From positions 26,850 to 90,849 of the forward strand of contig JAKLEP010000001.1 in NCBI GenBank assembly GCA_022703055.1: DNA of 64,000 nt, given 5' to 3'. Positions 17,783 to 26,969 of the stretch are shown here, one piece after another. Source of the DNA: Candidatus Omnitrophota bacterium (lineage in GTDB: Bacteria > Omnitrophota > Gorgyraeia > VGKH01). A model generated the notes under the pieces. It had not been told where the DNA came from. It ran no database searches and was given only the letters and a program-made list of their open reading frames with translations. The stretch's first letter is position 1. Each line of letters opens with the position of its first letter. The translations under genes were made by a program, and so were the position numbers.

Positions 17783-18235
17783 CTATAGACTTACCTCCTT
17801 CAATATTTTCTCAACATTTCCCCAATGCGTGCCGGACCAATATATCCTGTGGCAATTAGGGCATTGAAGAAATTTATCTTGGGTCTTAAACACGTATTCG
17901 GGAACCTTGTCTTTTATGTTTTCTTTTTCAACTGCTTCTAATCCGACGTTACAAATCGTACAGCGCGAAAACATCGAATTCTTTTCAGCTTTTAAATCTA
18001 TTTCTTGGGATATATCGCGTAACTGTTCGTCCAAGAAGTCATGTTTGACCTGCACGAGCCTGATTCCTTTAGGTTGAGACATGCGCGTATTGCGTGTCAG
18101 GATGATGCGCTGGTCTCTGAGCGCAATAATTTTTAATTTAGGGTAGTTTTCTTCCTTAAAATATTCGGTATCAAACCCGAGTATGCGCATCCACTTAGCC
18201 AGCCTTCCCAATTCTTTGGTGGCGATAAACTTCAT
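17783..18235 (-). CDS. Mut7-C RNase domain (PIN-like, DUF82) protein with C-terminal zinc ribbon
   Basis: 150 aa. LGRLAKWMRILGFD at the N-terminus and CTICN..CPNCHRIYWSGTHW at the C-terminus are typical of this family. Confidence 0.65.
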   Translation of the reverse strand: MKFIATKELGRLAKWMRILGFDTEYFKEENYPKLKIIALRDQRIILTRNTRMSQPKGIRLVQVKHDFLDEQLRDISQEIDLKAEKNSMFSRCTICNVGLEAVEKENIKDKVPEYVFKTQDKFLQCPNCHRIYWSGTHWGNVEKILKEVSL

Positions 18236-18251
18236 AACCCAAAATATACAG

Positions 18252-19529
18252 CTATTTTCCTGTATAGACTATCTTGCCGCTAAGGATGGTATAGTCTACC
18301 TTGGAGGTAAATTTTTTGCCAATAAAAGGCGAATTCTTGGATTTGGACACAATTTCCTCTCGCTTGATTATAAATTCTGTATCTGGAGAGATTATGGTGA
18401 TGTCCGCGTCTTTACCTGCGCCCAAGGTGCCTTTGTCTATTTTTAAAATCCTTGCCGGATTAAGCGACATTTTTTCCACCAACTGCGGCCAAGTTAAAAT
18501 TTTAGTTTTAACTAATTCTGTTGCGCTTACTGCCAGAGAAGATTCCAGGCCTATTTTACCGAACTCCGCACGGTCAAACTCAATTTCCTTTTCATTCTCG
18601 GTATGCGGAGCATGGTCTGAGGCGATGCAGTCAATGGTTCCGTCTTTTAGCCCTTGCTTAATTGCTGCTACATCTGACTTTGTGCGCAAGGGAGGATTAA
18701 TTTTCAAATTTGTGTCATAGCCCATAAGCGCTTCTTCATCCAAGGCAAAATAATGAGGCGCTGTTTCGCAGCTTACAGAGATCCCTTTTTTCTTTGCCCT
18801 GGAAATAATATCTACCGATTCCTTACAGCTCACATGTGCGATATGAATTGCGGCTCCTGCCTTTTCTGCTAAATTAATATCGCGTTCTACTCTTTTATAT
18901 TCGGCCTCGCGAGGAGAACCTCTTAAGCCCAGAATGGTAGAAATAATTCCCAGATTAACAACCCCTTTGTTGGCTAGTGATTTATCCTCACAATGGCAGA
19001 TAACCAAAATTTTTTCTCTGGCGGAATTTTCTAGCTGCTTTAAGAAAAGCTCTGCGTCTTCAACTGAAGAACCATCGTCGGTAATTGTTATTGCGCCTTC
19101 CTTTTTTAAGCGCAAGGCATCGGTTAATTCTTTACCCAAACGGCCAACAGTTATAGCTCCAGAAATAAAGACATTCGCCTGAGCCGTATCTTTAATAATC
19201 TCTTTTAATTTCTTGATATTTTCGGCGCAGTCCATCGCCGGCTCTGTATTGGGCATAGCTAAGACTGAGGTGATACCGCCTTTCAAGGCTGCCTTTGTGC
19301 CGGTTTCGACTGTCTCTTTGTCTTCTCTGCCCGGCTCTCTTAAATGCACGTGCATATCTACGATTCCCGGGATAACAACTTTATTGGTAGCATCGATTGT
19401 AGTATCAGCGCTCTCTTTAATATCTTTGGCAACCTTAGATATTTTTCCGCCATCTACCAAAACATCCTTAACGTCATTTATACTATTTGCGGGGTCGATT
19501 ACAAGTCCGTTTTTAATTAAGATCTTCAC
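18252..19529 (-). CDS. pyrC: Dihydroorotase
   Basis: 425 aa with a GTG start. DMHVHLREPG, SDHAPH and overall amidohydrolase features match. Confidence 0.9.
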   Translation of the reverse strand: MKILIKNGLVIDPANSINDVKDVLVDGGKISKVAKDIKESADTTIDATNKVVIPGIVDMHVHLREPGREDKETVETGTKAALKGGITSVLAMPNTEPAMDCAENIKKLKEIIKDTAQANVFISGAITVGRLGKELTDALRLKKEGAITITDDGSSVEDAELFLKQLENSAREKILVICHCEDKSLANKGVVNLGIISTILGLRGSPREAEYKRVERDINLAEKAGAAIHIAHVSCKESVDIISRAKKKGISVSCETAPHYFALDEEALMGYDTNLKINPPLRTKSDVAAIKQGLKDGTIDCIASDHAPHTENEKEIEFDRAEFGKIGLESSLAVSATELVKTKILTWPQLVEKMSLNPARILKIDKGTLGAGKDADITIISPDTEFIIKREEIVSKSKNSPFIGKKFTSKVDYTILSGKIVYTGK

Positions 19530-19599
19530 CCAGCTCTTCCTCTCTTACCTTATTTATACCCAACTCTTCCTAAATAATATCTTAAAGGAAGGGCTGGGT
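19528..19599 (-). promoter_or_regulatory. pyrB-pyrC intercistronic element with two alternative hairpins
   Basis: In the mRNA, ACCCAGCCCUUCC (19599-19587) is complementary to both GGAAGAGUUGGGU (19570-19558) and GGAAGAGCUGGGU (19540-19528). The second overlaps the pyrC GTG start. Confidence 0.35.
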
Positions 19600-21239
<1,640 letters not shown>

Positions 21240-21267
21240 AAAAAAAATCCCGCTTATTTTTAGCGGG
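21240..21267 (-). terminator. Rho-independent terminator of the VanZ-like gene
   Basis: The minus strand reads CCCGCU-AAAAAUA-AGCGGG followed by A and then eight U. Confidence 0.6.
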
Positions 21268-21400
21268 TTCTTGAGTTTATTTATAATTTTATTATTCATT
21301 TTTTCTCCCTTGCCAGTCTCTCAGGGACCAGCTTAAAGGTTTTATTGTTGATAAAATATACCATTTACAAGCTTGGTTGTCAAGGTTAAATTTTAACCAG

Positions 21401-21907
21401 CTAGCACCCCTCCTTGACCCATAATAAACAGGTTCCCCAAACCCCTCCTGTAAGATTAAATACGATATCCCGCAGGTCATAAACCCGGTAGGGCAGAAAA
21501 TACTGCAGGCCTTCATCCAAAAAGGCGAATACAAATATAGTAATAATTACTAGGATGACGGACTTAACGGATGCCTTTCTTTTAAACAAATCTCCAGCTG
21601 CCCAATATCCCAAAAGCCCGTATTCAAGAATATGTATGCGCTCTGCCACTATCCTTAGCGACCAGCTCCAATATAGCCCCGCAGACAAAACAATGATAAA
21701 TAATAATTTTCTATAAATGTCCGCCTTGGATATTGAAATCTTCCAGAATAGCAATGTAAAGATAAGAATAAAAGATACCCCAAGCATAAAGACCGTATTC
21801 TGTTTCCCGATGGAAGCATAAAAAAAATCTAAAACCTGCCTCATGAAACTAGCGGAAATAACAATAAAAAAACCTAGAATAATTGTCTTATTAGAAAGCC
21901 TCATCAC
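21401..21907 (-). CDS. VanZ-like family membrane protein
   Basis: 168 aa with 4-5 TM segments. The C-terminal motif LDEGLQYFLPYRVYDLRDIVFNLTGG is characteristic of VanZ-like proteins. Confidence 0.6.
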   Translation of the reverse strand: MMRLSNKTIILGFFIVISASFMRQVLDFFYASIGKQNTVFMLGVSFILIFTLLFWKISISKADIYRKLLFIIVLSAGLYWSWSLRIVAERIHILEYGLLGYWAAGDLFKRKASVKSVILVIITIFVFAFLDEGLQYFLPYRVYDLRDIVFNLTGGVWGTCLLWVKEGC

Positions 21908-21945
21908 TAAGACATTATATCAATAACCTGAATCCTAGGCAAATC

Positions 21946-21974
21946 TTGTTAAAGAAAGGAACCTTGATTATGAT
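21946..21974 (+). promoter_or_regulatory. Candidate sigma70-type promoter of the diguanylate cyclase gene
   Basis: TTGTTA, a 17-nt spacer, then TATGAT. It ends 13 nt before the TTG start proposed by the ORF track. Confidence 0.3.
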
Positions 21975-21986
21975 AAATATATTTTA

Positions 21987-23735
21987 TTGATAAATCTGCC
22001 GTCAAATGATAAAATAAAGCAAAACATGAATTTATTTAGACGGCTAACATATAATTACCCGGAACTAGCAAAGACGCTTACCATAGTGCTTATCTCAAGT
22101 GCTATATATTTCTTTTTACTTTCCGATATAAAATTCCTCGCTATCCCCAAACTAAAAGCCCAAGATGCTATGACTAGGATAGCCCATTTTATCAGCCCAA
22201 AGCCGAAAAACGTAGACAATATCATCGTGATTACGGTGGATGATGACTCCTTCAAATATCTTAATAAAAAATGGCCTTGGCGAAGGATAATGTTCGCTTA
22301 TCTGGTAGATAAAATCTCGGTTTCCCATCCCAAGGTTATAACTTTCGATCTGTCTTTTATCGGAGAAAGCGACATTCCAGCAGATGATGATATTATGAGC
22401 GAGGCATTTGCCGCGGCAGGCAATGTATTGTCCGCATCATATTTTACCAACGATTTCAAATATATGAAGCCCTATAATAAAATCGCTGAGAATTCACGCG
22501 GGTACGGCTTCATCAATAAACCCAGAGACGTGGATTTCTACGTCCGGCGCTCCAGGGCAGTGCTTTTTTCAAGAGAGGATAGGAAGTTTGACTATTCCAT
22601 GATGCTCAAAACCTTCGCCTTATATAAAAACATTCCCCTGGAATCTATAAAATTTAGCGGCAAACAAGTTTCTCTAGGCAATTATTCAATCCCAGTCGAT
22701 AGAAACGGCACTTATCCTTTAAATTTTACCTTAAAATTCAGCGAATTTAACATCGTACCTTTCTGGCAGATGATGAAAACCGAATTCCCGCCAGAAATGT
22801 TTAAAGATAAAATAGTCCTCGTTGGGCCTACAAATGAAATACTCCACGATGTGCATAATACGCCCTTAGGCCTTATGGCTGGCGTTGGAATAAATGCTAA
22901 TGAATTATTAATGCTTATGAATAATAGCTTCATTAGCTATATGCCTAAGTGGATAGAATTTCTAATCCTCTGCGTATTTGTCATTGCTATTTCCATTTTG
23001 ACTTATAGGGCCAGGAAGCCCAGGATTATATTTAAAGTCGCAGGCGCGGTAATTATTTTCTGGGAATTAGGGCTGTTATTATACCTGCGCAATATCCGCA
23101 TGGATTACTTCGCTCCAGCCGCCCTCATCATAGCCAGTTACGTAGGAATAAGCATCTATAAATACTTTGATTTAATTGTGCAGAATATTTCCCTAAAAAC
23201 CCAGGCCATAACCGATGAGTTGACTGGGCTATATACCTATAGATATTTTACGCTTCGCCTGCATAATGAGATAGAGCGCGCCAAAAGATACAATGTCAAT
23301 GTCTCTCTTGCCATGATGGATATCGACCATTTTAAAAAGATTAATGATACCTATGGCCATGAAGCAGGAAATATTATCTTAAAAGAGGTCGCGGAAATAT
23401 TAAAAACCAACACCCGCAAAGCAGATATTGTCTTCCGGTACGGCGGTGAAGAGCTATGTATTCTTCTTACCCACACTCCCAAGGAAGGCGCTGTGGTTTA
23501 CAGCGAGAAAATAAGGCAGCTGATTGCCACTAATTCATTTGCCGGTTCAAGAAACATCAAGGTAACGGTAAGTTTCGGAGTCGCTTCCTACCCTCTTGAT
23601 AATGTATTCTCCGGCAAAGAAATAATAAATGCGGCCGATGTCGCCCTGTACCACTCCAAGGAAACTGGCCGCAATAAAGTGACCTCTTTTAGCCCCTACT
23701 TAATGGAATCCGCCAAAGCCAAAAATCTTATCTAG
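21987..23735 (+). CDS. CHASE2 sensor domain diguanylate cyclase (GGDEF)
   Basis: 582 aa. The CHASE2-like region has IVITVDDDSF..KWPWRR..ITFDLSF and is followed by TM segments. The GGDEF domain has DIDHFKKINDTYGH and an active-site GGEEL, with an RKAD (RxxD I-site) 5 residues upstream. The start codon is uncertain: TTG at 21987 or ATG at 22026. Confidence 0.8.
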   Translation: MINLPSNDKIKQNMNLFRRLTYNYPELAKTLTIVLISSAIYFFLLSDIKFLAIPKLKAQDAMTRIAHFISPKPKNVDNIIVITVDDDSFKYLNKKWPWRRIMFAYLVDKISVSHPKVITFDLSFIGESDIPADDDIMSEAFAAAGNVLSASYFTNDFKYMKPYNKIAENSRGYGFINKPRDVDFYVRRSRAVLFSREDRKFDYSMMLKTFALYKNIPLESIKFSGKQVSLGNYSIPVDRNGTYPLNFTLKFSEFNIVPFWQMMKTEFPPEMFKDKIVLVGPTNEILHDVHNTPLGLMAGVGINANELLMLMNNSFISYMPKWIEFLILCVFVIAISILTYRARKPRIIFKVAGAVIIFWELGLLLYLRNIRMDYFAPAALIIASYVGISIYKYFDLIVQNISLKTQAITDELTGLYTYRYFTLRLHNEIERAKRYNVNVSLAMMDIDHFKKINDTYGHEAGNIILKEVAEILKTNTRKADIVFRYGGEELCILLTHTPKEGAVVYSEKIRQLIATNSFAGSRNIKVTVSFGVASYPLDNVFSGKEIINAADVALYHSKETGRNKVTSFSPYLMESAKAKNLI

Positions 23736-23771
23736 AATTAAAACTCGCGCTCTGTAGTAAAAAATAAAAAA

Positions 23772-23809
23772 CCCCGCATAAATTTATTGCTGCTTAATTT
23801 TATGCGGGG
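23772..23809. terminator. Bidirectional rho-independent terminator between convergent genes
   Basis: Perfect 11-bp stem, CCCCGCATAAA and TTTATGCGGGG, with a 16-nt loop. An A-run lies upstream and a T-rich tract downstream. It sits between the GGDEF stop and the pilin-Hint operon stop. Confidence 0.75.
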
Positions 23810-23815
23810 TTTGGT

Positions 23816-24814
23816 TTATATATCCCCACCCATATCATCATTAGGAATATACTGTCTTTTATTATGCACCACTACCCCCCCGGCAATATAGGTATGATAG
23901 GGATTGACTTCCAGGTTATAGACTTTTACAGGCTCACGTACCAGCCTGATGCTGGTAATCTCTTCAGCCTGGCCCTGGGAGTTCAACAATTTGCTGCCTA
24001 TCGGCAGCTTACCTATCTCTACCCATTTGCCTTCGGAGTAAACAGGATGGTTGGGAGTAACCTTTAAGCTATCATTTACCACCAGGTACTCTTGGCCATC
24101 ATGCTGGAAGAACAGCTTTACGCTATCCTCCTTTAATGTCTTGGTCTTCTCATCAAAGGCCAGAATCTTATCTCCCACCTTAACATTCTCTATCGGCCTG
24201 GTTGAGCCATCAGCCATAAGTATGGGGGTGCCGGAGACAAAACAGGTGCCAGTAGGGCATGTTATGCTTCCGCAGCTTACACCATTACCCCGATATTGGC
24301 CACCCCAAGAGGTACAGCTGGCTTGGGTCCTTTCCTGGCAGTAGCCGGATTTGCAGCATGCTCCCGTAGGATCTGTAGGGACAATGTGTAATAGGCGGTT
24401 TTTGTTAGGGTCGCTGTTAGAGACAAGATATGTGGTATACCATCCCTCACGGTCTTTAGTGCCCCACTTGATTGTTCCGTCTGATTTATATATTGAGCCT
24501 ACAATATCCGATGTGGTATTGGATATCGGCACCTTAAACTTAATGTAATTGTTGATACAGGTGTACCCTGTCGGCGGGGTAGAGCAGCTTATTATTTGAA
24601 CATCGCCGTAATCCGCACCCAGGCGCGACTGGCTTAATTCCCTGGCGATTTTATCAATAGTGTAACGCGTTTTTTCCTGTAAATCGATATAGGCTGCATT
24701 TTTAATCCAGGTGTTTCTTCCCACCATTAAGACACTGAAAATAATACCCATAAATGCGGAGGCGATAAGTGCCACGACCAGAGTTTCTACGATAGTTAAA
24801 CCTTTGGGTTTCAT
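23816..24814 (-). CDS. Prepilin-type (type IV pilin-like) protein with a Cys-rich linker and a C-terminal Hint/BIL autoprocessing domain
   Basis: I place the start at ATG 24814 (AAGGAGG upstream, overlapping the stop of the preceding gene) rather than the track start at 24868. The N-terminus MKPKG|LTIVETLVVALIASAF is a class III signal with Gly-1 and Glu+5. Residues 191-318, CFVSGTPILMADGS..KVTPNHP..VYNLEVNPYHTYIAGG..VVVHN, contain intein blocks A, B, F and G. Confidence 0.8.
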   Translation of the reverse strand: MKPKGLTIVETLVVALIASAFMGIIFSVLMVGRNTWIKNAAYIDLQEKTRYTIDKIARELSQSRLGADYGDVQIISCSTPPTGYTCINNYIKFKVPISNTTSDIVGSIYKSDGTIKWGTKDREGWYTTYLVSNSDPNKNRLLHIVPTDPTGACCKSGYCQERTQASCTSWGGQYRGNGVSCGSITCPTGTCFVSGTPILMADGSTRPIENVKVGDKILAFDEKTKTLKEDSVKLFFQHDGQEYLVVNDSLKVTPNHPVYSEGKWVEIGKLPIGSKLLNSQGQAEEITSIRLVREPVKVYNLEVNPYHTYIAGGVVVHNKRQYIPNDDMGGDI

Positions 24815-24824
24815 GTTAGCCTCC

Positions 24825-26948
24825 TTAGTATAAAGCCTGGCAATGTTTCTTTTGATTCCAGTATTCATTCTTAAGTTTGATGGTTAATTTATTCGTTGCT
24901 GTTCTGACTCCCGGCGGAGTCGGAGAATTAGTATCTGAATAATGCTCATCATAACTAAAATAATTATTTTCTCCTTTGGGAGGGACGCTGCCCATGTCTT
25001 CCGGCCATCCCAAAACTGTTCTACTTCTTATCCCTTTTTGATTAATATCATACGTTCCGTTTGCTGGAAAGTTATCTTGCGGTAATTGCACCAATGAGCC
25101 AACAACTTTTCTTTTATGCTCAATAATTTTGTCATAAGATGGGGGCGTTTTTAAATCGCCGGGATCTTTATAATACCACCATCTTTCCAGAGTATGAGGA
25201 GCAATATCATGGCTTATAATAGAGACAACATATGTGTAGTCTTTATCGACGGGATTAGCCATTTTTTGGTAATTTTGCGCGTACCAGTTACTTCTGCCGT
25301 CAATAAAATCTTCCGTATACGGGTATCTAATGTTATGGAATGTTTGCGGTAATCTGTCAGGGTAATTGAATTGGTCGGAGAGAAGATAGGTAAAACCGGC
25401 TGAAATTGCGGCAGAAGGCTGCCAATCGGCAGTGTTGTAATTGCCTTTAATATAAATATTTTGTTTCGATACAGTAGTCAGGCCTCCCTTGGGCAATTTT
25501 TTGGCGTTATCCAGAATTACTCCTGTGTTGGAAAAAATCATACCGTTTTGAGGAGCAAGATCATTTTTTATCATTTTATCAACATGGATAACTAGGGCTG
25601 TGTTTAGATTCGTGCTATTGGTATTTCTAAATTGCACCATTTCAAAAACTACATCATTATTTATGATAATCCTTCCGTCTTCATCAGTCAACAGATATTC
25701 ATTGCCAATTTTGACATTTGCCATCCCTCCCATGGATTCGATATATATTCCTTTCTTCTGGGATTCTGATTTGAAATACCCTTCTTCGACAGTGAGGGGG
25801 TCTATTGTTTTTCCTCCGGAGTTGGCTTCTTGTACAATATTATCTAAGCCTTGGGATTGCATTAAGTCTTTCCAGGCTAAAGGCTGGGACTTCGAATTGG
25901 TATAATTCCTTTGGCTGTATTGATTTGGTAGCCAATTAACTGGGCCAAAATCTTGGGTTATTCTCCAGAAATTATCGAATATATAACTAGCAGATAGGCG
26001 GTTGGGTAGGATATTGCCGTTTATTTTGCTGATAAGTTGGTTATTTTGGTAGATGCTGGGATTAGTATTGGGATCAATATATGGCTGCCCGGAATTTGGG
26101 TCCCAATTTATATAGCGTCCCGGGTTGTTAGGGTCTTCCATTAGCAGGCCTCTGTTTTCTCCGCTAGCATGGCCATCGTTTATGTTTCTGTAATATCGGT
26201 TACCGAAATCGTCTTCGTAAGGTTTGACCCATGGGTTTCTGAGCCAATAGTACCTGCCGTCGAAAATATAGTAGAATTCTCCGACATCTTCCGCTGTAGG
26301 TATATTTGATTCAATAAAATATTTAATTGTTTGCGGAGTGCTTAATTCGGCGGTATTTAAAAGATTGGCTTTATCTCCGAAGATGATATCCTTGTTGCTA
26401 TGGATGCCTCCGCCGAGAGTAGAGTCAAAAGAGTCTAGGGTTATATAAGATAGCATTAATTCATTAGGCGTAAACAGGAAGTATTCAAATAGATTTCTAA
26501 ATAGGACCTTGCTGCCGTAGACATTGGAATCTCCGCTTTTGGAATAGATTATATGTTGTCCGGAATCAGGGCTGATGTAGCACATCACAGAGAATTTTCC
26601 GTCTTTGGAAGAATAATATCCGTCCTTATCTATCTCGCAGGTATCTTTTAGTAGGACGTTCGGCATTTGGCCCTGTGAAGCTAAAGAAACAAGATTGTAA
26701 TCATTGCCTTTTTTAACCGGCGTGTGTGTTTTCCATGTTTCTCCCTGCAGGCTTAATTCTAAAGTCGCAAACTCAATACCTCTAAGCGCTTGGTATTTTC
26801 CTTGGAGATTATAAAGGTTTCTTTCGGTAATAAAATGATTATCAATGGTATGCCTTACAAATGCGGCAAGATAAATTGACATCACCGTCAGGACGAAAAA
26901 CGCGAATGGAGCTAAAAACCCTTTTTTGTTGTTGATAATCTTAAACAT
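24825..26948 (-). CDS. Large pilus-associated protein with PilX/GspK-like hydrophobic N-terminus
   Basis: 707 aa. The N-terminus NKKGFLAPFAFFVLTVMSIYLAAF resembles the PilX_N type but has no Glu+5. The rest is Asn/Tyr/Pro-rich with no motifs I recognise. It sits between the two pilin-Hint genes, separated by gaps of 21 and 10 nt. Confidence 0.45.
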   Translation of the reverse strand: MFKIINNKKGFLAPFAFFVLTVMSIYLAAFVRHTIDNHFITERNLYNLQGKYQALRGIEFATLELSLQGETWKTHTPVKKGNDYNLVSLASQGQMPNVLLKDTCEIDKDGYYSSKDGKFSVMCYISPDSGQHIIYSKSGDSNVYGSKVLFRNLFEYFLFTPNELMLSYITLDSFDSTLGGGIHSNKDIIFGDKANLLNTAELSTPQTIKYFIESNIPTAEDVGEFYYIFDGRYYWLRNPWVKPYEDDFGNRYYRNINDGHASGENRGLLMEDPNNPGRYINWDPNSGQPYIDPNTNPSIYQNNQLISKINGNILPNRLSASYIFDNFWRITQDFGPVNWLPNQYSQRNYTNSKSQPLAWKDLMQSQGLDNIVQEANSGGKTIDPLTVEEGYFKSESQKKGIYIESMGGMANVKIGNEYLLTDEDGRIIINNDVVFEMVQFRNTNSTNLNTALVIHVDKMIKNDLAPQNGMIFSNTGVILDNAKKLPKGGLTTVSKQNIYIKGNYNTADWQPSAAISAGFTYLLSDQFNYPDRLPQTFHNIRYPYTEDFIDGRSNWYAQNYQKMANPVDKDYTYVVSIISHDIAPHTLERWWYYKDPGDLKTPPSYDKIIEHKRKVVGSLVQLPQDNFPANGTYDINQKGIRSRTVLGWPEDMGSVPPKGENNYFSYDEHYSDTNSPTPPGVRTATNKLTIKLKNEYWNQKKHCQALY

Positions 26949-26969
26949 GGCTGACTCCGTTAAAATATG

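Noticed and set aside
21292-21534. 80-aa minus-strand ORF overlapping the 3' end of the VanZ-like gene and extending over its terminator region.
   Set aside because: It overlaps a better-supported gene in another frame, runs toward the terminator hairpin, and has no SD or recognisable domain.
24815-24868. The longer start (ATG 24868) given by the ORF track for the last pilin-Hint gene.
   Set aside because: It would overlap the upstream gene by 44 nt and bury the prepilin motif 18 residues inside. ATG 24814 has an AAGGAGG SD and yields the canonical short leader MKPKG|LTIVE.
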